Source: Nitrosarchaeum sp. (GTDB taxonomy: Archaea; Thermoproteota; Nitrososphaeria; Nitrososphaerales; Nitrosopumilaceae). Taken from it: a DNA stretch of 32,000 nucleotides. The position numbers were made by a program, and so were the translations under genes. The DNA is taken from contig JAILWJ010000001.1 in the NCBI GenBank assembly GCA_025699025.1, positions 506,391-538,390 of the forward strand, given 5' to 3'. Below are positions 8,495-17,548 of the stretch, one piece after another. Position 1 is the first letter of the stretch. Every line of letters begins with the position of its first letter. The notes under the pieces were generated by a model, which had not been told where the DNA came from, made no database searches, and saw only the letters and a program-made list of their open reading frames with translations.

Positions 8495-8502
8495 ATTTAT
8501 TA
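8495..8502 (+). promoter_or_regulatory. TATA-like box upstream of rpl3
   Basis: ATTTATTA is centred about 32 nt upstream of the ATG at 8531. Confidence 0.3.
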
Positions 8503-8530
8503 GACGGTTGTCGACGATTTCGTTTTATCC

Positions 8531-9523
8531 ATGGGCCATAGAAAGAACAGTCAACCACGCAGAGGAAGCATGGCATACTATCCACGTATACGTGCAAAGA
8601 GCATGGAAGCAAGAATTAGATCATGGCCAAAACTAGATTCAGAAGAACCAAAGATTCTTGCACATTGTGGTTTCAAAGCAGGATGTGTTCAAATTGTCAC
8701 CATAGATGATCGTGACAAAACACCAAACGCAGGTAAACAACTAGTCAGTCTTGGAACCGTTTTAGTAACCCCACCAGTGTTGATTTTAGGAATTAGAGGG
8801 TACTCAAAAGATCATAACGGATTGCATGCAGAGTTTGATGTTTATGCAGATGAACTTCCAAAAAATATTGCTAAAGAAATATCATTAAAGAATAAAGAGG
8901 GGGCATTAGAAGAAGCAGAAAAAAAACTAGGACGTATTAGAGAAATTTTTGCAATAGTCGCAGTATCCCCAAGTGCAGCAGGCTTGGAACAAAAAAAGCC
9001 ATACATCTTTGAAGCATCAGTGAGTGGAGGAGACATCAAAAAACAATTTGCACATGTCAAAGAATTACTTGGTAAAGAAATTAAAATTGATCAGATTTTT
9101 GAGACAGGTGCAAGTGTTGATGTTGCTGCAATTACGAAAGGTAAAGGGTGGCAAGGAGTAGTTCAAAGGATGGGCGCAAAAAGAAAACAACACAAATCAA
9201 GAAAGACAGTTAGAGAATTAGGTTCACTCGGACCAATTTCACCATCAAATGTCATGTATACAGTTCCAAGAGCAGGGCAGATGGGGTTTCATCAGAGAGT
9301 TGAATACGATAAGAGAATCATGATAATGGGAAACACCGAAGAAAATAAGCTAAAAATCAATCCAGAAGGTGGCTACAAACACTTTGGATTGGTCAAGGGA
9401 GATTTCATTATTTTGAAGGGCTCAGTACCTGGAACATACAGAAGATTGATCAAACTTAGAAGTCAAATTAGAAACGTACCATCTAAAGTAACAAAGCCAA
9501 ATATTTTGGAGGTTGTCATATAA
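8531..9523 (+). CDS. rpl3: 50S ribosomal protein uL3
   Basis: 330 aa. MGHRKNSQPRRGS... and TKGKGWQGVVQR are typical of archaeal L3. It is first in the conserved operon order. Confidence 0.95.
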   Translation: MGHRKNSQPRRGSMAYYPRIRAKSMEARIRSWPKLDSEEPKILAHCGFKAGCVQIVTIDDRDKTPNAGKQLVSLGTVLVTPPVLILGIRGYSKDHNGLHAEFDVYADELPKNIAKEISLKNKEGALEEAEKKLGRIREIFAIVAVSPSAAGLEQKKPYIFEASVSGGDIKKQFAHVKELLGKEIKIDQIFETGASVDVAAITKGKGWQGVVQRMGAKRKQHKSRKTVRELGSLGPISPSNVMYTVPRAGQMGFHQRVEYDKRIMIMGNTEENKLKINPEGGYKHFGLVKGDFIILKGSVPGTYRRLIKLRSQIRNVPSKVTKPNILEVVI

Positions 9524-10335
9524 TGAAGACAACATCATATTCAATTAACGGTACAAAAGAAGGGGAAGTGGAATTACCATTGGTATTTTCTACCCCGTTC
9601 AGAGCAGAACTAATTCACAAAGCATTTACAAATCTCAATTCACATAAATTCCAACCTCAGGGGAGACATCCAACAGCAGGCATGGATGTAGTAGCAAGAT
9701 CAAATGATCCGCCTACAGGTCAACATCAATCCCGTGTAGCCAAAATGAAAGGTGGTGGTGGTGGAAGACAAGGACAAGCTGGTGGTGTTGCATCAGTAAG
9801 GGGCGGAAGACAGGCACACCCTCCAATTGTAGACAAAGTAATATTCAAAAAACTAAACAAAAAAGAGAACAGATTGGCACTATGCTCAGCAATTGCAGCG
9901 ACAGCATCAAAGAAATTGGTAGAGTCAAGAGGGCACAAGGTAGAAGGAATAGAATCATTTCCAATAGTTGTTTCAAACGATGTTGAATCAATCTCAAAAG
10001 CTACAGAAATTTCCAAAGTATTAGATTCACTCAAACTAATGAATGATGTAAACAGATTATTATCAAGAAAACCAAGAACTGGAAAAGCATCATTAAGAGG
10101 AAGAAGTAAAAAAGTCGGAAAAAGCGTCTTGTTCGTAACTAAGGATTCTACCAACATAGGTAAAGCATGCGGAGCATTTCCAGGAGTCGAAGCTAGGGCG
10201 GTAAAAGATCTTAGTGTGCTAGATTTGGCACCAGGCTCCGACCCAATCAGGCTAACAGTCTACTCCAAAGCTGCAATTGAAGAAATTGCAAAACTAAAAT
10301 CAACACATCTTGAATTAATGGTGAAAGTGAAATGA
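9523..10335 (+). CDS. rpl4: 50S ribosomal protein uL4
   Basis: 270 aa. It contains the Gly-rich loop KMKGGGGGRQGQAGG...RGGRQAHPP. Its ATG overlaps the rpl3 stop. Confidence 0.92.
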   Translation: MKTTSYSINGTKEGEVELPLVFSTPFRAELIHKAFTNLNSHKFQPQGRHPTAGMDVVARSNDPPTGQHQSRVAKMKGGGGGRQGQAGGVASVRGGRQAHPPIVDKVIFKKLNKKENRLALCSAIAATASKKLVESRGHKVEGIESFPIVVSNDVESISKATEISKVLDSLKLMNDVNRLLSRKPRTGKASLRGRSKKVGKSVLFVTKDSTNIGKACGAFPGVEARAVKDLSVLDLAPGSDPIRLTVYSKAAIEEIAKLKSTHLELMVKVK

Positions 10336-10598
10336 ACGTAGATCAAGCAACAAAGATCATTTTGAAGCCATACATCACAGAAAAAACATTTGCCATGGTT
10401 GAAAATGAGAGTAAAATTTGTTTTATCGTAGACAGATCAGCAAGTAAGCCACAAATTGCCGAAGCTGTAAATGCACTATACAATCAGAAAGTAAAACACG
10501 TCAACACTGCAAGAACGATTTATGGAAAGAAAGCATTTGTGCAATTCGAATCAACTGAAAAAGCCAGAGACTTGGCCACAAAGATAGGAATGCTATAA
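10332..10598 (+). CDS. rpl23: 50S ribosomal protein uL23
   Basis: 88 aa. Operon position supports the call, and it overlaps rpl4 by 4 nt. Confidence 0.88.
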   Translation: MNVDQATKIILKPYITEKTFAMVENESKICFIVDRSASKPQIAEAVNALYNQKVKHVNTARTIYGKKAFVQFESTEKARDLATKIGML

Positions 10599-10642
10599 TA
10601 TGGACCACAAAATCTCAACAATACTAACAGAGGAAATGCAAA

Positions 10643-11038
10643 ATGGTTAAAGAGTTTTCATATAGAGGAATCCCCCAACAAGAGTTGGAAAACATGTCTT
10701 TAGAAAAATTATTCCAATTATTTAATTCAAGACAGAGACGTTCATTGACTAGAGGAATCACAGATGACAAAAGAAAGTTAATCGAAGAGATCAAGGCCGC
10801 AAAAGCAGGCAAATTAAAGAATCCAATCAAAACACATTGCAGAGATTTAATCGTTTTACCATACATGGTAGGAGTTCCAGTAAATGTTTTCTCAGGTAAG
10901 GAATTTGTTCCGGTACACATCAAGACAGAGATGGTAGGGCATTACCTAGGAGAATATGTAATAACAAACAAGAGAGTTTCTCACGGTGCACCAGGTGTTG
11001 GAGCATCAAGATCCAGTCTCTACGTACCACTAAAGTGA
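10643..11038 (+). CDS. rps19: 30S ribosomal protein uS19
   Basis: 131 aa. It contains GHYLGEYVITNKRVSHGAPGVGASRSS. Confidence 0.92.
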   Translation: MVKEFSYRGIPQQELENMSLEKLFQLFNSRQRRSLTRGITDDKRKLIEEIKAAKAGKLKNPIKTHCRDLIVLPYMVGVPVNVFSGKEFVPVHIKTEMVGHYLGEYVITNKRVSHGAPGVGASRSSLYVPLK

Positions 11039-11502
11039 TCAATATGGGAAGATTCGGCTACGCATTCCAAAATTATGATGCAACAAAGCATGTTCGTTCT
11101 TCATTAAGGGAAAAAGACATCTCTCACAAGCATGCGCGTGAAGTAGCTGTTGCAATAAAAGGACTTTCGATTGAGAAAGCAAGAGACTACCTTCAAGCTG
11201 TAGTGACCAAAGACAGAGCCATTGCGTTTAGAAGATTCAACAATCAGGTAGGACACAGATCTGATCCAGGCATGATGTCTGGGCGCTATCCACAAAAAAC
11301 TGCTAAAGAGTTTATCAAAGTACTAGACAATTTAGAGTCAAATGCAGAATACAAAGGAATGGATTTGGATAGACTGAAAATAGTAAACGCAACAGTTCAC
11401 AAAGGCGTAATTGTGAAAAGATTCATCCCAAGAGGAATGGGCAGAGCTACACCAAAAAATAATGTTCTTACACACGTAGAATTGGTGGCGCAGGAGATAT
11501 AA
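11035..11502 (+). CDS. rpl22: 50S ribosomal protein uL22
   Basis: 155 aa. The GTG at 11035 overlaps the rps19 stop, with an alternative ATG at 11044 (MGRFGYAF...). Operon position supports the call. Confidence 0.88.
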   Translation: MINMGRFGYAFQNYDATKHVRSSLREKDISHKHAREVAVAIKGLSIEKARDYLQAVVTKDRAIAFRRFNNQVGHRSDPGMMSGRYPQKTAKEFIKVLDNLESNAEYKGMDLDRLKIVNATVHKGVIVKRFIPRGMGRATPKNNVLTHVELVAQEI

Positions 11503-11503
11503 C

Positions 11504-12256
11504 ATGTCAGCAGTGAAAAACGTAATCAAAGACAATTACAACATGATGTTGTTAAAAGATTATCTAAGAATTGCAATCAAAGAAGCAGGATTCTCACATG
11601 CCGAAATTTCAAAGACACCAACTGGAACTAGGGTTGCATTACATGTTACAAGACCCGGCATCGTCATAGGAAGAAAAGGCTCAGGCATTAGGGAGTTAAC
11701 AGAAAAACTTGCAAGTGATTTTGGATTAAAGAATCCACAAATATCAGTTGTTGAAATCGATAAACCAGAACTATCCCCAAGTGTCATGTGTAACAGAATG
11801 GCATCACATATTGAGCGTGGAACCGCATTTAGGAGAGCGACAATGTGGACACTAAAGCAGATTATGGACAATGGCGCCATGGGAGTCCAGATTACAATTT
11901 CAGGTAAACTACGAGGCGATCGTTCAGCATTTGAAAAGCACACGGCAGGGATATTGCCAAGAGCAGGACACCATGCAGAGATGATTGTAGATGAAGATAT
12001 TGCGCATGTAAAAACTCCAATGGGGTTGATTGGAATTAGAATCAGGATTGCAAGAAAAGAGAAACTCATTCCAGAATTTGAATTAAAGAAAGAAAAACCA
12101 AAGAAGCCACTGCAAATCAAAGACAAAGATACTGGAAAGATGAGAGATGAAACAGAGGCTGAAAGAAAAGCAAGAACAGAGTCAGAACAGATTGCACTAG
12201 AAGAAGAAGAAATGAAAAAACTGAACATAGATGACGAGGAGATAATACTGAAATGA
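11504..12256 (+). CDS. rps3: 30S ribosomal protein uS3 (KH domain) with Lys/Glu-rich C-terminal tail
   Basis: 250 aa. It contains [19 protein letters not shown] (KH) and [13 protein letters not shown]. Confidence 0.93.
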   Translation: MSAVKNVIKDNYNMMLLKDYLRIAIKEAGFSHAEISKTPTGTRVALHVTRPGIVIGRKGSGIRELTEKLASDFGLKNPQISVVEIDKPELSPSVMCNRMASHIERGTAFRRATMWTLKQIMDNGAMGVQITISGKLRGDRSAFEKHTAGILPRAGHHAEMIVDEDIAHVKTPMGLIGIRIRIARKEKLIPEFELKKEKPKKPLQIKDKDTGKMRDETEAERKARTESEQIALEEEEMKKLNIDDEEIILK

Positions 12257-12456
12257 CCCGATTAAGCATGAAAACAATTAGGGAGTTAAATGAAAAGGAT
12301 CTCAAGAGTAAAATTCAAGAATCACGCAGTGAGCTTGCAAAGCTAAGAGTAGATGCGTCAAAAGGCACATTGCGAAAAGAAAGCGGAAAGCTAAAACCAC
12401 TCAGGCACGACATTGCAAGAATGCTTACAAGACTAAACGAGATGAAGAAAAAATGA
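12253..12456 (+). CDS. rpl29: 50S ribosomal protein uL29
   Basis: 67 aa and helical ([24 protein letters not shown]). It overlaps rps3 by 4 nt. Confidence 0.85.
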   Translation: MTRLSMKTIRELNEKDLKSKIQESRSELAKLRVDASKGTLRKESGKLKPLRHDIARMLTRLNEMKKK

Positions 12457-12719
12457 TCACAAGAGACAACATCACAATGCACGAACTAATTGGAATGAAC
12501 ACGGAAATTTCAAGCTCGTCAAACCCACAGGTAATAGGGTTAAATGGGAAGATTGTTGATGAAACAAAATCCATGATAACATTAAGTACTGCAAAAGGGA
12601 TGAAATCAATTCCAAAGTCAAACAACGAATGGAAGTTTACTGTGGAAGGTAAAGAAATAATTGTAAATGGTTCAAGAATCGCAAAAAGATCATCAGATAG
12701 ATTGGGAGCAAGAGCATGA
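12453..12719 (+). CDS. rnp1: RNase P protein component 1 (Rpp29/Pop4)
   Basis: 88 aa. It contains ELIGMNTEISSSSNPQVIGLNGKIVDETKSMITL. It occupies the conserved slot between uL29 and uS17. Confidence 0.75.
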   Translation: MITRDNITMHELIGMNTEISSSSNPQVIGLNGKIVDETKSMITLSTAKGMKSIPKSNNEWKFTVEGKEIIVNGSRIAKRSSDRLGARA

Positions 12720-13039
12720 CTAGAGACATAGGATTGAAGGTAAAGACACCAGAAAGAGAATGCACAGACAAGCATTGTCCGTTCCATGGAAGTCTCTCAG
12801 TAAGAGGCAGACTGTTTGACGGAAAGGTCACAAGCGATAAATCAAGACAGACGATCACATTACAAAAAGAATCACCCATGTATTTTAGCAAATTCAAAAG
12901 GTATGCAAGAAGTAAAAACACAATCCATGCACATGTGCCTGAATGCATAGACGTGGAGTCAGGCGATCATGTGTTAACTGCTGAATGCAGACCAATTTCA
13001 AAATCAGTCTCATACGTAGTGGTGGAGGTCAAAGAATAA
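12716..13039 (+). CDS. rps17: 30S ribosomal protein uS17
   Basis: 107 aa. It contains CTDKHCPFHGSLSVRGRLFDGKV, typical of archaeal S17. Confidence 0.9.
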   Translation: MTRDIGLKVKTPERECTDKHCPFHGSLSVRGRLFDGKVTSDKSRQTITLQKESPMYFSKFKRYARSKNTIHAHVPECIDVESGDHVLTAECRPISKSVSYVVVEVKE

Positions 13040-13461
13040 TGGCAAAGCAAGCAGGTAAAGGAGTATCAGAATTCCGCCCATATGTCACCAGAGCAATTCC
13101 AGTCGGGGCAAACATTGTTTGTGCAGATAACACAGGTGCAAAAATACTAGAAATAATCATGGTTCCAAAACACAAAACCAGAGTATCCAGAATGCCAGCA
13201 GCATCAGTTGGAGACTTTTGCAATGTTGTTGTAAAGAAAGGACCAGCAGAATTAAGAAAACAGATTTTTGGCGCAGTAATTATCAGACAAAAATATCCAG
13301 TTAGAAGATTAAATGGTGTCAGAGTCACATTTGAAGACAACGCAGCAGTTTTGATTACTCCTGAGGGAGAGGTCAAAGGAACCGACATCAAAGGACCAGT
13401 AGCAGCTGAAGCTTCAGAAAAATGGCCAAGAGTAGCTAACCTGGCATCAATGGTGGTATAA
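13039..13461 (+). CDS. rpl14: 50S ribosomal protein uL14
   Basis: The true start is the ATG at 13039 (TAATG overlap with the rps17 stop), giving [35 protein letters not shown]. The track start at 12985 lies inside rps17. Confidence 0.92.
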   Translation: MAKQAGKGVSEFRPYVTRAIPVGANIVCADNTGAKILEIIMVPKHKTRVSRMPAASVGDFCNVVVKKGPAELRKQIFGAVIIRQKYPVRRLNGVRVTFEDNAAVLITPEGEVKGTDIKGPVAAEASEKWPRVANLASMVV

Positions 13462-13462
13462 A

Positions 13463-13900
13463 ATGAAACCAACAAAGATGAGAAACAATTTGATTTATCG
13501 TGCAACATTTCATACACGAAGTAAGCAGTTATCAAGTGCACTATCTGACGAATTGAGAAAAAAATACTCTAGAAAAAGCATAAGAGTTGTAGAAGGAGAT
13601 AGTGTCAAGATTGTAAGGGGAGAATTCAAAGGGGTTGATGGAAAAATAGCACAAGTTTCAACTGAGAAGAACAGCGTAGCAATAGAAGGGATAAAGAAAG
13701 AAAAAACCAAAGGCGACAAATTTGATGTCCTAATACACACGTCAAACCTACTGGTAACAGGTCTAAACACAGAAGACAAGTGGAGAATTTCAAAGCTGGA
13801 AGGAAAGAGGCCGGCAAAACAACAGAAAGATACAAAGAAAGAAGAACCAACTAAAGAAACAAAAGTAACAAAGAATGAAAAAAAGGGAGAAGATAACTAA
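13463..13900 (+). CDS. rpl24: 50S ribosomal protein uL24 (KOW) with Lys/Glu-rich tail
   Basis: 145 aa. It has the KOW-like segment [18 protein letters not shown]. Confidence 0.9.
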   Translation: MKPTKMRNNLIYRATFHTRSKQLSSALSDELRKKYSRKSIRVVEGDSVKIVRGEFKGVDGKIAQVSTEKNSVAIEGIKKEKTKGDKFDVLIHTSNLLVTGLNTEDKWRISKLEGKRPAKQQKDTKKEEPTKETKVTKNEKKGEDN

Positions 13901-14616
13901 TGGTAAGCATATCAGGAAGTAAAAAACTCAAAAGACAAATGGCCCCACAGTTCTGGGGAATTTCCAGAAAGGACAAGCGATTTGTCATCACAGTAAGACC
14001 AGGACCACATAAAAAAGCCGAATCAGTTCCAACAGCAGTATTTCTAAGAGACATGCTAAAAATTGTAACCAGTCTCAGAGAGGCCAAAGCTGCAATCTAC
14101 TCAGGAAAAGTAAAGATAGATGGGGTTGTAAGAAAATCACTTCATCATGCAATCGGGCTGATGGATGTTGTTGAGCTTGAAAACGTACCAGACGTATACA
14201 GACTTGTGCCAATTGAAGGAAAGCTGTTAAAACCGCTTAAAATCAATCAAGCAGAAAAAACCAAAAAACTAGTCAGAGTTACAAGTAAATCAACAATAAG
14301 CAAGGGAAGAATGCAAATTGGATTCCATGACGGCCGTTCAATAATATCAGACACACAAGTAAGTGTGGGTGATACATGTCTAATACAGATTCCAGATCAA
14401 AAAATTCTCGAAGTGATAAAACTACAGGCAGGCTGCAAGGCACTGGTAACCAGAGGCATTAATGCAGGACAAGTAGGTAAGGTAGAATCAATCGAGGAGG
14501 GAACTTTCATTCTTCCAAAAAGAGCAGTACTGGCCCTAGGGGACAGAAAAATCGAGATTCCAGAAGACATCATCATGGCAATTGGAAAAGAGGAGCCACT
14601 AATTCAGATAAAGTGA
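13900..14616 (+). CDS. rps4e: 30S ribosomal protein eS4
   Basis: 238 aa. It begins GSKKLKRQMAPQFWGISRKDKRFVITVRPGPH. Confidence 0.92.
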   Translation: MVSISGSKKLKRQMAPQFWGISRKDKRFVITVRPGPHKKAESVPTAVFLRDMLKIVTSLREAKAAIYSGKVKIDGVVRKSLHHAIGLMDVVELENVPDVYRLVPIEGKLLKPLKINQAEKTKKLVRVTSKSTISKGRMQIGFHDGRSIISDTQVSVGDTCLIQIPDQKILEVIKLQAGCKALVTRGINAGQVGKVESIEEGTFILPKRAVLALGDRKIEIPEDIIMAIGKEEPLIQIK

Positions 14617-14620
14617 TCAT

Positions 14621-15142
14621 ATGTCGCAAGTAACAGAATCCCCAATGAAAAAAATCTCATTAGAGAAAGTTGTTCTCAATATGGGAGTAGGACGTTCAGG
14701 AGATGCAATTGAAATTGCAAAGAGAGCACTAGACCACATCTCGGGCAAAAAATCATGTCCACGAGATGCCAAAGAAACTCAGAGAGATTGGGGCGTAAGA
14801 AAGGGAGAGCCAATAGGAGTATCAGTCACAGTAAGAGGAAAAGAAGCAAAGGAACTGCTAAAGAGATTGTTTGAATCAAAAGGAAACCAGATTAGAGGCA
14901 AGGCATTTGACAGTTTTGGGAACTATTCTTTTGGGATTAAGGAACACATAGACATCCCAGGAGTAAAATATGATCCACAAATAGGAATTCTGGGTCTTGG
15001 GATTTCAGTAACATTGACCAGACCAGGTTACAACATTAGAAAAAGAAGTAAACACAAAGCAAGTGTCGGAAAAAAGCACATAATTACAAATCAGGAAGCA
15101 AAGGATTATCTAACAAAGGAATTTGGAGTGACAGTAGTATAA
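14621..15142 (+). CDS. rpl5: 50S ribosomal protein uL5
   Basis: 173 aa. It contains KVVLNMGVG and FGIKEHIDIPGVKYDPQIGI. Confidence 0.92.
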   Translation: MSQVTESPMKKISLEKVVLNMGVGRSGDAIEIAKRALDHISGKKSCPRDAKETQRDWGVRKGEPIGVSVTVRGKEAKELLKRLFESKGNQIRGKAFDSFGNYSFGIKEHIDIPGVKYDPQIGILGLGISVTLTRPGYNIRKRSKHKASVGKKHIITNQEAKDYLTKEFGVTVV

Positions 15143-15321
15143 TGGCAAAAGATAGATCATACGAATTCACAGGAAGAAAGAAACATGACTTCGGGAGAGG
15201 TTCAAGATGGTGTAAGAGATGCGGAGATTATACAGCAGTTATCCAAAAATATGATTTAATGATATGCAGAAGATGTTTTAGAGAAGTAGCAACATCATTA
15301 GGATTTAGGAAAAATCGGTGA
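15142..15321 (+). CDS. rps14: 30S ribosomal protein uS14 (zinc-binding type)
   Basis: It is missing from the track because it is 59 aa. The ATG at 15142 forms a TAATG overlap with the rpl5 stop. Translation is MAKDRSYEFTGRKKHDFGRGSRWCKRCGDYTAVIQKYDLMICRRCFREVATSLGFRKNR, with a CxxC...CxxC pair. The TGA is at 15319-15321. Confidence 0.88.
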   Translation: MAKDRSYEFTGRKKHDFGRGSRWCKRCGDYTAVIQKYDLMICRRCFREVATSLGFRKNR

Positions 15322-15719
15322 AGAAGATGCCAGCAACAAATGTTTTAGCAAATCTATTCAACACACTATACAACAACGAAGCTAGAAGAAAGGGCGAATG
15401 CATCATCCTGCCAACATCAAAACTAGGAATTGAAGTGTTAAAGACGCTGCAAAAAGACGGATACATTGGGGAGTTTGAGCACATCGACGACAAGAGAGGC
15501 GGCAAATTCAAAATAAGATTATTGGCAAAGATTACAAAATGTGGGGCAATTTCACCACGATTCAAAGTAAAAAATGATCAATACACTAATTGGGAGCAGC
15601 AATTTTTGCCAGCATACAACAGAGGCATGCTGTTAGTTACAACAAACCAAGGAGTAATGTCTCACCATGAGGCTGTAAACAAAGGATTGGGAGGATTTTT
15701 GATAGGATATGTCTACTGA
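15318..15719 (+). CDS. rps8: 30S ribosomal protein uS8
   Basis: 133 aa. The GTG at 15318 overlaps the rps14 stop, with an alternative ATG at 15327 (MPATNVLANLFNTLYNNE). Confidence 0.9.
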   Translation: MKKMPATNVLANLFNTLYNNEARRKGECIILPTSKLGIEVLKTLQKDGYIGEFEHIDDKRGGKFKIRLLAKITKCGAISPRFKVKNDQYTNWEQQFLPAYNRGMLLVTTNQGVMSHHEAVNKGLGGFLIGYVY

Positions 15720-16266
15720 GCAACTCGAAAAATTTGAAGAGATAATTGACATCCCAAAAGGAGTCACAGTCACCAGAAAGACACACATGTTACAATTCCA
15801 GGGACCGTTGGGAAAAACTCACAAGAGTTTTAGAAACATCCCAGTTGAAATCGAAATCAAAGAGGGGGCAATACGCTTAACAGTCAAAGGCAGGAGAAAA
15901 AGAGATTATTCAATTTTACATGCTGCACGATCAGTCATCAGAAACATTTGTGAAGGGCTAATCACAGGATATACAATCAAAATGAAAGTTGTTTTTGCAC
16001 ATTTTCCAATTACAGTAAAAATTGATGGTAAGAAGATACTAATCGAGAACTTTCAAGGGGAAAGATCAGCAAGGGTTACAAAAATTGTTGGAAATACAAA
16101 GGTAATTCCAAAAGGCGAAGACGTAATACTTACTGGTGAAGTCTGGACAGACATAACACAGACTGCGGCAAATATCGAGCTAAACACCAAAGTAAAGGAC
16201 AAGGATCACAGGGTCTTTTTAGATGGCATCTATGCATATGAAAAGAAAAAGGGCATCGACAAATAG
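15709..16266 (+). CDS. rpl6: 50S ribosomal protein uL6
   Basis: 185 aa. Operon position and a two-domain L6-like sequence (IPKGVTV...KIDGKKILIENFQGERS) support the call. Confidence 0.9.
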   Translation: MSTEQLEKFEEIIDIPKGVTVTRKTHMLQFQGPLGKTHKSFRNIPVEIEIKEGAIRLTVKGRRKRDYSILHAARSVIRNICEGLITGYTIKMKVVFAHFPITVKIDGKKILIENFQGERSARVTKIVGNTKVIPKGEDVILTGEVWTDITQTAANIELNTKVKDKDHRVFLDGIYAYEKKKGIDK

Positions 16267-16291
16267 AATTCAATTTTGAGAAATTTTACTG

Positions 16292-16579
16292 ATGACGCTG
16301 GATCCAGAATTTACAAAACAAACAACAGATCTCATAATACAGACATTGGATCTATACAAATCAGCAGGAGCTTCACCAAGAGTCGGACAGTTGTGGAATT
16401 GTCAAAACGTGGGAGATTTTTTGTGCGGTTTTTTTGTTGGAGAGATGGTGGGTTCTGCGCTTAGTGCATTTCAAGTGGTCCACCAAAGAGAGCCAACATC
16501 TGAAGAACACTTGGAAATCATAGAGTTGGTGGAGAGTCATGCCAACGAGATCAAAGAGTTCTTTGTAAGATTCAACTGA
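16292..16579 (+). CDS. Hypothetical protein
   Basis: 95-aa ORF with an ATG start. I recognised no family. It sits where eL32/eL19/uL18 would follow in the canonical operon. Confidence 0.5.
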   Translation: MTLDPEFTKQTTDLIIQTLDLYKSAGASPRVGQLWNCQNVGDFLCGFFVGEMVGSALSAFQVVHQREPTSEEHLEIIELVESHANEIKEFFVRFN

Positions 16580-16650
16580 ATCACCACATTTCCAGTCCAA
16601 AATAGATAGTCGCAAGGATTAAATCACTTTCACCTAGGATCAATTTTGTT

Positions 16651-16724
16651 GCCGCCCTAGCTCAGCGTGGTAGAGCATCCGACTGTTAATCGGACGGTCG
16701 TCAGTTCAAGTCTGATGGGCGGCG
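16651..16724 (+). tRNA. tRNA-Asn (anticodon GTT), no intron, CCA not encoded
   Basis: Hand-folded cloverleaf. Acceptor GCCGCCC (16651-57) pairs with GGGCGGC (16717-23). D stem is GCTC/GAGC. Anticodon stem is TCCGA/TCGGA with loop CTGTTAA (GTT at 16685-87). T arm is GTCAG-TTCAAGT-CTGAT. Discriminator is G16724. Confidence 0.9.
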
Positions 16725-16731
16725 CCTTTTA

Positions 16732-16753
16732 TTTCTAATTTCGAGTTTTGAAA
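16732..16753. repeat. Degenerate copy of the TTTCTAAATTCGAATTTAGAAA palindrome
   Basis: TTTCTAATTTCGAGTTTTGAAA matches the 22-bp consensus at 19 of 22 positions. It lies 8 nt after the tRNA-Asn 3' end. Confidence 0.6.
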
Positions 16754-16796
16754 CAATGGTTTTTCATCAGGTGATTAACATAGCAAAAATAACAAC

Positions 16797-16820
16797 ATTT
16801 CTAAATTCGAATTTAGAAAT
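16797..16820. repeat. Perfect 24-bp palindrome ATTTCTAAATTCGAATTTAGAAAT
   Basis: I verified self-reverse-complementarity by hand. Confidence 0.95.
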
Positions 16821-16910
16821 ATTGATCGGTTGCAACAATTTAGTATACTCTATTAGACTAGATAGATCTAATAGATGATCGCAGATATCCAATAATGCAG
16901 GAAGGTTACA

Positions 16911-17156
16911 TTGGTCAGAACTAGAAGGGCCAACAGATATTGCGTCGATTGCGGTGCAAGATTGGTGTATTATCCAAGACTATCAAACCCAAAAGCACCT
17001 AATGAACACAGAGTACTAGTGTATGCATGCCCAGACTGTACGAACGATTTTGAAAAACCAAAGATGTTTTCCATAAGACGCAACCAAGTCGATGATCCGT
17101 TAGAAACAGTGGAAATAGAGATAACCCAACTACAGAAAAAGATTTCCGAAAAATAA
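16911..17156 (+). CDS. Small zinc-ribbon protein (CxxC...CxxC)
   Basis: 81 aa. TTG is the only start available after the in-frame stop at 16893-95. RYCVDCGARL...YACPDCTNDF provides four Cys. Confidence 0.55.
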   Translation: MVRTRRANRYCVDCGARLVYYPRLSNPKAPNEHRVLVYACPDCTNDFEKPKMFSIRRNQVDDPLETVEIEITQLQKKISEK

Positions 17157-17188
17157 GGAATTTATTGATTAATTAGAACCGATATACT

Positions 17189-17413
17189 GTGTATCCTGAA
17201 AAGACCAGAAGCAATACATGGTATCTGTTACCCATATTTTTAGGGCTCATTGGGGGAGTTATTGCTTATTTTGTATTACGAAATGATGATCCAAAAAAGG
17301 CCAAAAACTGCCTTTATCTGGGAATTATTTTAGCGATTATTGGCATATTCTTTAACATCTTGATTGCCACACAGATTCCTGAAATCGAAGAAGGGTTTAA
17401 TGTACACATTTAA
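17189..17413 (+). CDS. Small two-TM membrane protein
   Basis: 74 aa with a GTG start. WYLLPIFLGLIGGVIAYFVLRNDDPKKAK is followed by a second TM segment, a motif common in small archaeal membrane proteins. Confidence 0.6.
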   Translation: MYPEKTRSNTWYLLPIFLGLIGGVIAYFVLRNDDPKKAKNCLYLGIILAIIGIFFNILIATQIPEIEEGFNVHI

Positions 17414-17454
17414 TCACACGTAAATCCCAAATGTAAGGCAGGTAGAATTGAAAG

Positions 17455-17482
17455 ATATGTCTAAATTCGAATTTAGAAACAT
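17455..17482. repeat. Palindrome copy: perfect 18-bp core TCTAAATTCGAATTTAGA (17460-17477) with imperfect extended arms
   Basis: ATATG-TCTAAATTCGAATTTAGAAACATAT. The left arm lacks TT relative to the right arm. Confidence 0.9.
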
Positions 17483-17548
17483 ATGAAATAAGCATGTAAA
17501 AACAACAAGAGATTTAGAATCATATACCAGTACAAAAGACAGCCCGGT

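Noticed and set aside
11560-12228. Long antisense track ORFs inside well-supported genes. Examples are 11560-12228(-) 222 aa opposite rps3, 13029-13541(-) 170 aa opposite rpl14, 9726-10157(-) 143 aa opposite rpl4, 25075-25551(+) 158 aa opposite purL and 21968-22372(+) 134 aa opposite purC.
   Set aside because: They are shadow ORFs opposite genes with unambiguous conserved motifs. Their translations are low-complexity, Ser/Phe/Leu/Cys-rich, and lack recognisable motifs.
12985-13038. An N-terminal extension of rpl14 suggested by the track (start at 12985).
   Set aside because: The extension lies inside rps17 in another frame. The ATG at 13039 gives the canonical MAKQAGKG... start with a TAATG stop-start overlap.
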